From Selaginella moellendorffii (lineage: Eukaryota > Plantae > Lycopodiophyta): 64,000 nt of DNA. The notes below the pieces were generated by a model. The model ran no database searches and was not told the origin of the DNA. It worked only from the letters and a program-made list of their open reading frames with translations. The stretch lies in NCBI RefSeq assembly GCF_000143415.4, contig NW_003314305.1, positions 1,212,834-1,276,833 on the forward strand. Reading direction: 5' to 3'. This document shows, one piece after another, positions 42,944-55,400 of this stretch; positions within the stretch are counted from its first letter, which is position 1; the number at the start of each line of letters is the position of its first letter. The position numbers and the translations under genes were made by a program.

Positions 42944-45210
42944 TAGAGGGATATTTTTCCTTTCCCTTCTTCAAAAGCTTTTTAATTCCAATATTTGCTC
43001 TTGAAGAGATTAATTATTAGTGTAAGTATGATGTCATCAAGTGGTTAATCCTAGGAAAAATGCAACATTTGAATGTGAAAAAAAAAATAGAGAGAGAAAG
43101 CTTACATGGAAAATATAATAGCCCCACTAAAATATTCGAACTTCCCACCATGCAAATTAACACTCCATCTGTGAAAAATATTTAATTGGCACTTTGTCTC
43201 TTTCACACCACCATAAACATATTTCATTTGCTTTTACTTTGTGCTCCTTTTTAGTTGGTGTATTCACTCACTCTTGATAAAGTTGCTTAAACTTATAATA
43301 AAAGTGAAATTTGATGAGTTAGCAATGTTTATTAACACTCTTTACCCAATAAAACACATAACTATTTTCTCTACCTTGTAATGACTAACATTTATCACTT
43401 TCAAATACTTGTTGTACAGTCAATTAGTTAACACTAATAGCATCTGCCATAATACCACGAAATTTGGGTTCTTCTGTATTCACTGTTTACCAACCTTAGA
43501 TATACATGTATAAAAGATGGTTTAGGCTTAGAAATCCTGGATATTAAATTTAGCTATAGCTATGGTCAAGTTATATTGCAACTTATAGAAAGAATGGGTA
43601 TAATGTAAACTGGTATAAAATCATTAAAAAATGAAAAATCACTTACTTGTTATAGTTAACCAACTTAAAATTTATTCTATGTAATCAAAATGTAAAAACA
43701 AGTCTCTATCTCCATTCATATCTATTTGTTATATAAAGTCCACATCAAATGCAAGATTAAAGGTTGACATCTTAAAGATGAAAGGGTGTTGATTATTTGA
43801 AGTCACCTGGGTAATGAATAAACTCCCATGAATAAACTTATAGAGACATTTTCTTTTTAGTTCCAAAATTATATCCAATCCAAATTGGAACTTCCTATTT
43901 CACTGTTCTCATATCTAATTCTTTATTTTATAAAAAAAAAAAAGTGCTATTAATGATAAAGTAGAGTTAAATATTAATCTTATACCTATTTAAATTTGTC
44001 ACGGGTTCTATATTTTGAAGCAGGTCCTTTAAGCTATTCTCTATGATTTCTTTTTTGCTATCAAATTGTAAAAATATGTCCATCATATAGTCCTTTAGTA
44101 TAGAATGTTTAACATACTTTAGAGTTGCGGCACTTTTCTTCGTAACCTTTATATTAACAGCAGCCTTCAAATTGTGAAAAGAATCATGGAAGATTCCTTT
44201 TTTTATTGCATATTGGTGGTGTCTATCATGCATTACTCCTTTGCATAAATAGCCATCCTGTGTCAAAAAGTAATATATCCTTGCATCACAATACACTCAA
44301 CACATAAGTGTTACTTTGCATTTATGACATCTAAACATTACGTCTAAGAGGATTGATTGTTGAGCTTTCAAGAAAATACATATTCTTGCCATAATCAGAA
44401 GTACAATTCTCAACAACAGTGGGTTATCTTTACCTTACATCAATTATATAGATCAAAATGTGTCTCCATACCCCTCTTCTTGCTTGACAAATTGGCTAAT
44501 GGAAATTTAAAGAATATATTCCTATTATAAAAAAATGGAAACTTTTCACCTCTCATGTCCTTGAATTTCTTTTGTTCCAACCGTAATGATTAAGACTACT
44601 AAAATGCTTTATTCATCACTTTAAATAATGGTCCAAAAGAAACACATCTTTTTGTCTAGGAAATTATATTTAAAAACTATGTTTAGAAGTTCATCTTCTT
44701 TATTTTTGTCACTAAAGAGAATAACAACTTCATCCTTTATACATAAGTGGATGCACACTTCTCTCTTTGTTTTGAAGATTTTGTAATTAGAATCTCTTGA
44801 TTTATACATCTATTAAGATCCCACTGAATCCCATTCTCTCCCACACCATTGTCAAGAAGAATGAATTTTTATATTTAATTACCCTTATTATGATATACAT
44901 TCTCCAAACCAATTAATCTTAGCTTCAACTTGAATCTTCTATAGAAGAAACTCTCTCCTATAACACTCTTATAGAAAACAATTGGAGGCTTTCGATCAAA
45001 TTCAAGTAGAATTCTCTCATATCTTCTCTTTACTCAAGCACTTAAAATAAATTTGGGGAGAAACTGACAAGAAAGAACAAAGATATTTTTCTATATTGTG
45101 AGTTTTAATTAGTTATGTCCTTGCAAAGGACAAGCTAATTATTTAACAGAATATACAACCATTTAGAATTTAAAGATATATGAGAATCTTAAAGAGCCAT
45201 CCATATTAAT

Positions 45211-45713
45211 TGTGTAATTGATTATGAGAGCAATAATACTGTTGAGATGAATAGGGTTATGAGCGAGAGGCACTGATTAATCATGAGAGTTGTAGCACTA
45301 ATAGTTTATTCTTCTTTTTATCTCTATGCTTTTTTCCTTGTAAGAAAGTTTCATTTTTTTGTGAGAAGTGAGAGAGAGTCAAGCTCGAAGAAATTGGTTC
45401 ACACATGAAAAAATTGGTTTTTTCGTGTGCGAACCACTTTGATAAGCAGCCATAAAAGAGCAATACATAGTTTACAAATCCAATAAGAGAATATCTATTC
45501 AATAGCACTTTTAAATATAAATTTAATCCAAGGGTTGTGGTACATTTTCATCACCCTTAATAGATTATTTTCCATCTATCTGGTAATAAGTAAGAAGAGA
45601 GAAATGAGTGGCGTGCTGGTCAAGGACAAACTCTTTCTTGCAATTGATTAGTGCCTCTCGCTTATAACCCCATTCATTTCAGCAATATTATTCCTCTCAC
45701 AATCAATTACGCA
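45211..45713. mobile_element. Foldback/MITE-like element with about 75-80-bp imperfect inverted repeats
   Basis: 45211-45290 is the reverse complement of 45634-45713, with mostly transition mismatches. No TSD resolved. Confidence 0.7.
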
Positions 45714-48700
45714 TATCTTAATATCTTAATATCTAAAGCATTGAATGATGGTGTCTTTTTAAAGAACATGTCAAATATTTTTTTATAGTGGATTTGTCCA
45801 ATAAATATATCCTACCATTTGCAAAATTAAAGTCATTGGAATTTAAGAAGTAATGACCATTGAAGAGAATGTTAATCATGGTTATTGATTAACTGTTAAT
45901 TTTTAGGGTTTTATAGATAGGCGCTTCAATCTTCCAATACACTTGAAGACATTTTTTAAATTAAGGTATGTTACTTTTCCATCTTTACATCTATTGCTCC
46001 TAACTTGCTAGCAACTCATGGCTTTTATAGTATGTGGCTTGTGACTCATTTGTTTTTGTGGGATGAAAGATTAGGCATGAGAGGTTGGTTCAAGTGCAAA
46101 TCAACATTTCCTTACCTTCTTTCTTTCATAATATTTTTTTCCTTGATTGTTGTTTTCTCTTGAGGGATGAAAATGTCAATTTCTGTGCAAACCAATATCT
46201 TTTAATATTATATTTAGTTTTTTATTCAGTTTTATTCAATTCTCCACCTTGTTATTTCTTTTTTTTTCCTTGTTAAAAGGGTGGAAAAGATTGGTTCACA
46301 TGTAAACTAACATCTACCCACATTTGTTTTCCCTAGAGGTGAGCTTTCCTAGTTTTTTTTTTGTTGTTGGGGGTGAGATCTTTATATTTTAGAAAATATA
46401 GAGAGATAAAAATGTCAATTTTTATGCAAACTGATATTTCCAAGGTTTTCCCTTGATTTTAAGGACTTTGATAGTGCATTTCTAATGAAAACGAGTGGTT
46501 GGAAGATATCAATTCTTGCACAAATTGACCTCTCCCATGTTTTTATCATTTTTTTTCTTGATGCCTTCTCAGTCTCAAGAATTATTCCTTTTTAAAATTT
46601 TAGAGAGGTAAGGTGAAGTTGGTTCTTGTGCAAATAGACCTTTTACAGTGACTTGCAATTTTTTCTGTGCATTTGTAGTTTACAATCTATTTTTCATTTT
46701 TTTTACTTATAAAATTTTCTTGTAGAAGCAAATATAAATAAAACTTGATTGGTTGGAACTTCCAAGAGGGGACTTGAACTTATAATACCACATATTTACT
46801 CTACTTTACAAGTACATTATAATATTTTAATTTTAATTTTGAGCCTCAATGGTCTCAATCTCTAGGAAAAGGTTAGCTACCTTGATAGTTATAAGCTTGG
46901 CCGATTAAGTGAAAATTCATCACATGTATTTAATAAAGTTGTTGCTAATCTTGCTAAATGAGGCAATGAAGAGGACAACAATGATATAAATGCTAAGATA
47001 AACAATCAAATTAGTCTTGATGCTACTATTATTAAGGTGATTGGTATTAGTGAGGTTATAACCTTAGGTTACTAATGATGGGGTACTTGTGTCTAATGCT
47101 AGTAATGGTGGGGGAGTTGTGCCTTTTGTTACTAAGGTTGTTTATGGCAAGGTAGATAAATCTATTATAAAGGTTATTGGTAGTGTGGTAGTTACATTTA
47201 TTATAAAAGCTATTAATTGTGTGGTAGCTACTTCTACTTTTAAGGCTAATGGTGCAAGGGGAGTTGCCCCATCAACATTCCACAATTATTCTCAATGAAA
47301 TATATTCAAGTTGACCCTTGCCATATAAGCCAAAGTATAATATAACCTATATACTCATGGTTTTATTTTTTCATAGGATATTTTTGACTCATTTTCTTTT
47401 TTGCTAAGTGCCAAACTCTCTCACTACTTGTCACTATAATGCACACTTATGCTGATAACAATTGTCAATCCTTATCTTACCATTGTGGATGCCATGGCAA
47501 TTAGTCCAAAGTCATTGGTGGCATCTCATCATCAACACCCTTGGTCCCTTGATTATTCACCACAATCTTTGTCACCAAGTGGATTGCAATCCCCAAGACT
47601 TGGCATATATACTTTTATGGCTAGAAAAAAGAGTTAGTGTTGAAGGTGATGGAATTGATGAGTTGGTGGTGGACCTCCTAGAGTGTTTCATATAAGGTGG
47701 CTTATAACATTCCTTTCTAGCTCGGCATAGCCTAACATGTGATTTTATTATTGCTTCAAACCTCATAAATTCTAACTTTGTCATTAACCTTATTTGCTAT
47801 GGCTCTCTATGAAGTTTGAGGAGGTTAGTAGCAGGGTTAGATTGTTGCGGATGTGACTTCGGGTATCGAAAATTACCTGTTAATTAGTCCTTACAAACAC
47901 TTTTCTTTACTGCCACAATGGCAAGAAGTTGGTATTGCTGGACCCTTTATCAATCCCTTTTGTTCAAGTGTAGCAACTCCATTTAACTTCGTTTTACGTG
48001 CTAGTTATAGCATTGGGATGCTAGTTGTTTTAGGATTGATCCAAGTTGCTCCGTACTCCTGTCCCTTCACTCCTTGGTCTGTATACTCAGGAGTCATTTT
48101 GTGCTCTAAAGCCAATGCTTCTTGGCTTTGTGCTTGGGAATTTGGTACCGTTCCTTCATTTAGTGGCCCAAGGCCCTAAAACTCGAGTTCCACACCACTG
48201 TCCTTTGAACACATGGCATATGACATGTGGCATATGGAGGGTTTAGGTTCCATTTCGTGGTTATCCTATGGTAAATCATTATAGGATAAAAAAGTAAAAA
48301 CCACATGTGCTACATAGAGCTGAGGTCAAATTTTGTGGCCTTAGGATGGGCTTGACTACCATTGGATTGCTTCAAATGCTAGACAAATGCTCCCAAGTTT
48401 GTCATGAGCAACTAAGGACAGTAATCTATATATATAATGTTATAAAGCATTTCATTGACAAACATTGGCTAAACTATCAAAAGCAAGCCCAAACATTAGA
48501 AGAAAAAGGTGTTTGTGAATGCAAGCCATTATCTTCTTTAAGTCCCCTCTTCATTAATATATATTGTGGTCCTTGTAATGCATTAAAAAATATCTGTCAC
48601 TTTTTCTACACCAATATTTTATAATATCAACAACAAAATATATAATATGATCTAAGGATTATATAAGGAGAAACCTCTTACAATACAAGGATTAAAAATA

Positions 48701-49645
48701 TGTGAAGTGATTTTAGTCTAAGTTTTTTCTTCTAATTTTGCAATGTTCTTTCTTCTAAAAAATAGCTACACCACATGCTATGAACACTGCCATTAATTGA
48801 GTCTTATTATTCAACTATAGCTATATTGTATTGTATAAACAATATATCTCAAAGCCAAGCATAAATCCAAACACTTTTTAGGGAGGACAATCTCACCTTC
48901 AATAATGTGAATGCATGGAATATAGAAACTAACTAACCGAAAAACCTTAGCTTATATATATAAGCAAGTTGTCTGGATTAAAATCAATTTGATGCTATCA
49001 AAATCCCACTACACTAATAATAAGTACACTTTGTCAAGGGTTGGTGAAGAACAATAAAAGGAAGTGTAAGCAAAGCTAGGTCTCGTTATCTTTGTTATTT
49101 AGTGCCACGTCATAACACTCTAGACTTTAGAAGTCACAACCTTAGATATTGGATGGAAGAAAACTAACCTTCATACATATAATTTCAGTAAGATCCAACA
49201 AGAGTTTGATAAGACTGCAACCAAACAAAGTCTAGAAGATACGAGGGATGGAGGCCTCAAAAAAAGCTTCAGGTTATGGACAAGAGTCTAAGTGCCATCA
49301 CAATAAAAAAATCACAATGCAAACCTGGTCTTTCAAGTGAGATTTGGGAGATGTTATGTGGTCCAAGATGAGCCAAGGATCTAATAACATACAAGCAACA
49401 TATAAGAGCACAAAGGTTTGAAGCTGTGTTTTCTGGTCCACTTTGAATCCCACCATTTGTCTAACTGTGACAAAATCAGCCTAGCAAAAACCTGGTAACG
49501 CAGAGCTTGTGTTTTGCAACATTCCTTTAATGCTCTTCTACATGAGAAAGTAACGCATATAAAATGCCTGGCAAGTATGGTAGTAGTTGTGTGATCCGTA
49601 AATCTACACGTGATAGCAAATGCATGTGGTACGTCTTGACCTAAA

Positions 49646-51916
49646 ATGGAGGAGCTAAAGGCCGCAGTAAAAGATCTCAGGAAGCAAATCGCACAGCTCC
49701 AGACGCCTATTGCGTCCATCCAGGAAGATCTGAGTGGATGATAACTAAGGCCAGGAAGGTGGATGCGTTGCTCAAGGATCGTCATTCCCCGAGATCATCT
49801 CGGCCAGGTAACCACATTCAGGAAGCTTGCAATCCCAGAAGTGGCCTCCTATACCTCCACCGAGCACAAGATGTTGCACTACATGGGCCGCAAAGTAACT
49901 CTGGATGTCATCAAATTTATCTTGGACTCTGATGATGGCCCTTTGATGTCGAACGAGTTTGACCCTGTTTTGGGTATTCGCTACATAACTGGCACTTTCG
50001 GATCTGGGAAAAGCTGCAGTGTTGCTGCCGCAGTTGGCCATTTGCATACAGATTTTGCGAGCGACAAGATCAAGTCGAGGGGCATCGCTCTCCTGCCAGT
50101 CGAGCCATTCATACGCGAACCCGGCAACGCCTTATTCTCAGCTCTTGTTCTCGCTTTCATCAACGATGATCAAGCTTTTGGCGTGCTGCTACGCGTTAAG
50201 GACCTTGAGATGAAAAGCGTTTTCAAGGTTTTGGAAGATTTGAAGGCGCTTGAGCGGAAAGTATATGTAGTTTTCGACGATGGAAACAAGCTTAGGTCTC
50301 CAAATGTATGCTCGGAAGCTGACAGAGAAAAAGCCCGGGGATTTATCAGAGTTCTCCCTTTATCAGTATCCAACGTGGTCATCTGCGCGTCGTTTCAGAG
50401 CTCTATCAGGAAACAGCTTATCAAAGACAAAAGTGCCCCACATTTGCTTATTCTGGAGGTTATTAAGTCTTTGAGTTTTATTTGCTGGTTAACATATTCA
50501 TTTCGTATTTGCAGCAAGAGGAGTTTGATGCTTATATCAACCATACGTGCGAGATCTTGGATGGTAATCCTGATTATTGCATGCCACCCCGACAAGCAAA
50601 GGCAGAGGAGGAGTGCAGAGACAAGGGACCGGCAGGTGACGCTGACTCCGCCACCCCGACAAGCAAAGGATGAGTGCAGAGACAAGGAAATGGACGAACC
50701 AGCAGATGACGCTGACTTTCGCGTATGGAAAATGGTACGGCTATGATTTAAGTTGTAGTTTTGATCTCTGGAATCCTTGTTTTATCAAGCGTGGCCAGTG
50801 GAAGACCGGTGCTCTGCCGCCACTCGTGACTTACTACGTTCGTGACCAGAAGGAAAAGCTGAAGTTGGCCTTCAGCTGGTACAAGAAAAAGGTTGTCGAA
50901 TACGTGAACAAAGACAACCTTGCGGAGTTGGCCCAGGGAGCGAGAGGCGAGGAGTTGGAGTATTTGCCGAGCGTAATGGATTCTCGCCTAATATATCGAG
51001 GCAAGAATCGCAGAGCCAGGTGCATCACGGGCTATCTTATTGCCGAACGGACAGAGCTGGCGACTATGAAGCTCAGATCGGAGGAAGTGGCCCGCTGGGT
51101 GAATGCTATCGCCATCGACACCAACTTCTCTCGCATAGGTTGGGAGGCGACGATTCTCGCCTGGAGCCCAGAATAGAGTTCTTAGACCATGTGATAGAGG
51201 TCAAGGCGGAGAAGGTTGTGCAGTGCCGGGGAAGATTTTCGAAGCAGTTACTCACCGGCTGCAAGGACGTGGCAACGTTGTTTTGTCCGATCAAGCTTAC
51301 GCATATGGGAGCGGATGTGTATTATGTGTCGCGGGACTGGATTATAGTTTTCCAAGTTTCTATCATGGAGGCTACCAAGGCCATGAAGTACCATCGCCGC
51401 ACTCTAGAAGTTGCGAATGAGCTCTTCAAGGGGGAGGAGATGAGGAAGAAGCTACTGTGCTGGATAGCACATACGGAGAAGATGTGGACATATGCGGAAA
51501 CATCCGAATCGCCTCTTCAGCTCGTCATGAGCTTTACAGATGTTCACAAGAGTCTCAAGGCGATTGACGAGAGGTTGATCCACCTGAGGGGGTTCAAATC
51601 AGACAATTGCTATGCTTGCTCAGGCACGAGCAAAGCCAACGATTGGATCGAGTGCGACTTTTGCCAGTCCCCGTACCACCAAGAGTGCATCATGCTTGGG
51701 GACGCAAGGAAGCTCGGTGTTTGGTCGTGTTCCGTCGGGGAGGAATATTGGAAAGAAGATGACGAGGAGAAAGATCCCACCTACAGCATGGAATCCTGCA
51801 AGAAGAGGGTATGCTACTCTCATTGTCTTTTTGAGTATACAACAAACAAACTTCTATTTGCAGAAGAGCACAAGAAGCATACTAGAAACAAGAACAAGCA
51901 AGAAACAAATAAATAA
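49646..51916 (+). pseudogene. Crinkler/RHS-like coiled-coil + P-loop NTPase + restriction-endonuclease-fold + PHD finger gene, disrupted
   Basis: Walker A YITGTFGSGKS (about 49991), Walker B VYVVFDD (about 50261), TGALP, REase-like FCPIKLTHMGADVYYV..IIVFQVSI, PHD CYAC...WIECDFCQSPYHQEC...WSC. Stops at about 49739 and a frameshift at about 51160. Confidence 0.65.
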
Positions 51917-52335
51917 CTCGTGAAATACTTTACCATGTAGGCTTAGTATTTGCAATCGGCTACCATGATGCTGCTCGACAAGCAGTCACATCCACGAACA
52001 GTGACGCGGCTTGGGACCTCTTGAGCATCCCATCTCTAACCTTGTATGTTCGCAAGGATTCCTGGTAATTTGTCCTGCATTTGATTAGAAACTGAAACAA
52101 ACGATTCTGAGACACTTTTAGTTGATAAATCCAGCTGGAGAACAAGAGGGTTTACTAGAAGACTAACATTGGTCCCGATCCAAACCTCCTGAAACCCAGA
52201 AGTATCACATTCAAATCTAGCATGGCAACTCCACGTGAAAGAACATCCATTGCAAATAAGCAAACGTCCATAAAAGTTGGAGAAAACAAGAGCAGAGGAT
52301 GATCTTTCATTGAATTTTGCACAATACCATCTCAT
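51882..52335 (-). pseudogene. Degenerate partial duplicate of the 3' exons of the adjacent root-cap-domain gene
   Basis: Matches 52553-52960 (ctcgtgaaatactttaccatgtaggc...atttgcaatcggc; NYQESLRTYK..KRSQAASLFVD). Confidence 0.85.
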
Positions 52336-52405
52336 ACATTTGAAAAGTTGACAGCCAAGATTTGATGTCCCAATCTACTATACAAGGAAAAAGTATACAA
52401 TCCTC

Positions 52406-55400
52406 TCATTCTCCTTCCTCTTCCATCTCCAAAAGGCACAAAAAATGCCCAAAACCAGTACATTGCCTCACAGTCTCCTCCCTCTTTCCCAGCAAAACTT
52501 GGACACCCTCTAAAACCATTCTCTGGACTCTCTGAGAGATCTGGCTTTGATCCTAGAAACAAGAACAAATAAGAAACAGTAAAAAAACTCGTGAAATACT
52601 TTACCATGTAGGCTGAGTATTTGCAATCGGCCGCCATGATGCTGCTCGACAAGTAATCACTCTCGGAGCCATCCACGAACAGTGCCGCTGCTCTAGATCT
52701 CTTGAGCCTCCTGTCTCTAACCTCGTGGATCTTCTTGTATGTTTGCAGGGATTCTTGGTACGTTTGTCCTGCATTGATCCATGACTTAATCAGAAAAATG
52801 AAAGAGAGGATTCTCGTCACCTAAAACGCCATGGACGTTGGGAGACACTTTCAGCTGATTTATTTGGAAATCCAGCTGCAGAACAAGAGGGTTTATTAGA
52901 AGATAAGAGGAAACTAAGATGCTTACGTAGTTTGCTCCCGATCCAAACCTCCCGAAACCCGGAGGCATCACTGTCACATTCATATCTAGCTCGTCTAGAA
53001 TGACAATTTGAACCGACCCGACAAAATGGACGATCTTCAATCCACTTGGAGTTCCCACCACATGCCCTTCAAGCAACTCCACCTGTGAAAAAAGAACAAG
53101 CACCACTTTCAGAGTTTGCATCGAAGAAAAACAAAAATGATACTCACATTATTCACAAGAACCTTCCACTGGTCCTCAAATCGGGAAGCAGTCTTATCGG
53201 CCTGGGCGTCTATCAAAACCTTGTCCAATTTGAACAGCATCCCAATCTTGGATATGAACTGGAGAAAAAAAAAACCAAAACCACATAAGACTAGATGAAC
53301 TGCAAAAATGACAATACGTACAGTGGAGTGCCTGTGTATGCCTTTAAAGACGTGCATGTTGATATGGAAGTCCTTGTCGGAAAGTATGCAGTAGTCGCGA
53401 TTGCTTCTGCCGTGGAAATCAAAACGCTCGCCATGCTTGCCAACAAAGTGAGGATCCCCTGTGATACTACCATTCCGGTGGTGCGCGTGTCTGCCACGCA
53501 CTCTATGCCTGTACGCCGGAGCAGCAGCTGAGGCCGAAGGAGGTGGCGAAGGCTGTGGCGAAGGAGGTAATGAAGGAGGTGATGAAGGAGGTGGGGAAGG
53601 AGGTGGCGAAGGAGGTGGCGAGAAAGGACGCTTCGCTCTAAATCTCGGTTCTCCGGCTGCCTCTCCTGGTGCTTCTGCTGGCGGCGTACTCAATGGACTT
53701 GGTGATGGCGATGGCAAAGGCGGAGATGGTAACGATGGTGATGGTGAAGGTGTTGGCAATGGTGTCGCGGATGGAGACGGACTTTCTAGGCACTCGTCAG
53801 GAACCCAGCCACACAAAGGCATCGGAGCAACAGGACACGACTCTGCAAAGAGAAGATCACGTTAGACCAAGAATTCAGGAGCCAATTATGTACGCACCTC
53901 CAGTTCTTCCATATGGTATAGAGCCATTTGACTGCAGACAGAAAGAAAACGGTAAAGACATATCTCATTCTTGAGGCAAATATTACGCACCAGAGGTGAC
54001 AAAGTTGGGCAGAAAGTGTCACATACGCCGTCGCATTCGAGTAAAGACTGTTACGCCAAATTTTAGAGCTTCATAAGCGAATCAAAAGGCTTACCCCCTG
54101 GGAAAATTCGCATCTTGCAAACGTAGAAATGGAGAATGGTTTGACTGCAACAGCGCTGCCTTTCTGTCCATCGTTAAAACGTGTGTAACGTAACACTGTG
54201 AATCACAACGAAAAAAAGCTTACCGATGCCTTGCTTCCAGTAAATACAACTTGATATGCATAAAGTTGAGCACCACGAGTTCCATATACTCCTTCTTGCG
54301 TAGCAATGTCACCACCGTAACTCTGCAAAAGGGCCATCAATCAATCAGAAAAACACACCATCAATCAGAGCACCATACCCCTGCAGTGTTTCTCGCAAAA
54401 CGACTCCTACGGAGGAATGAAATGGCACCCGCGGATTGAAAGTTGATAAACAGAGCACCTCCGTCTTGCTGTTTGAACAAATTGTCAGGTCGTTTCAAGA
54501 ACCACTTTCTTACCTGAGCCGAGTTATCGCGAAATACGCAGGTTGTGCAGTCGAATTTAGCACCTCCATTGTCCTTGCACTCTTCAGCAGCATCATCAAC
54601 GTATACGGCGGCACCATAATCGGCGGAATTCCGAGAGAACTCAGTATTTAAAAACGTTGTGCAGCTGTTCAGTGCACACACATTTCGAACTGCTTCCGTT
54701 TCTGTGTGGTTTGACGGGAAGTCCTTGCTGGATCCCACAAATACTGCTCCTCCCTTCGCAGCCTGTAAGAGAAAGCCCAAGCTCGGAAAAAATCCTTCGT
54801 TATAGAATCAAATTCTACTTGCCTTGTTTGAGCGGAAGACACAGTCCCGAATATAAACAGCACCGCCAGATTCAACGTGCAGAGCTGCTCCTAGCTCCTG
54901 TAAATGGGTCACGATCAATCGAAGTTAAACATCTGAAAAGCCACGACATACAGAAGCGACGTTGTTCGTAAACTTCACATTGAGAGCCACAAATTTGCCT
55001 CCCCTTGCCAAGTCATTTGATCCAGAACCCGAGACTGTCACAGCAGCGCCTCTTGCACAGGCACCTCCACTGATCTCTAAATCCTTTAGCGTCAGATAGC
55101 CGTCGAGTCCAACCACAAAAATCTGAGAGCTGCCCTTTGCATCAATTTTGCATGGCGAGCCATCACCGCACGTCCCCATGATCGTGACCCCGCATGTAAC
55201 ATCCGGAAGAGGACCGCTGCCTGCACTAATCACATGAGCGCTTGCGTCCGGAAATATATAAGTAAACAGACTGACCTGATACGTCGATGTCTTGCTCAAT
55301 GTAAATCAAGCTCTTCCTGTCAAGAAGTCCTTGGACAAGACAGACAACGTCTGAGCATCGAGGGACACTGCCACGAGCTGGAGCATCCGGTGTATAGCCA

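Larger units (their letters stand above)
41040..44810 (-). mobile_element. Decayed Mutator-like (MULE) DDE transposase with C-terminal SWIM finger
   Basis: Minus-strand translation with stops: FKMST..., LHFDY (about 43690), PKFRGIMADA (about 43450), GRENSYVFYWVKSVNKH (degenerate CxxH-W), FAWWEVRIF*WG (about 43130). SWIM NPLCTYLDF...YLACKHIYYI at about 41060-41310. Confidence 0.65.

Noticed and set aside
47843-48194. Possible solo LTR (TGTTG...CCACA, higher GC)
   Set aside because: No target-site duplication or second copy found.
53461-53865. Gly/Glu-rich + strand ORF, and other antisense ORFs over BIG, ECA, CML and the peroxidases
   Set aside because: Shadow frames of real minus-strand genes; here the reverse complement of the Pro/Ser stalk.
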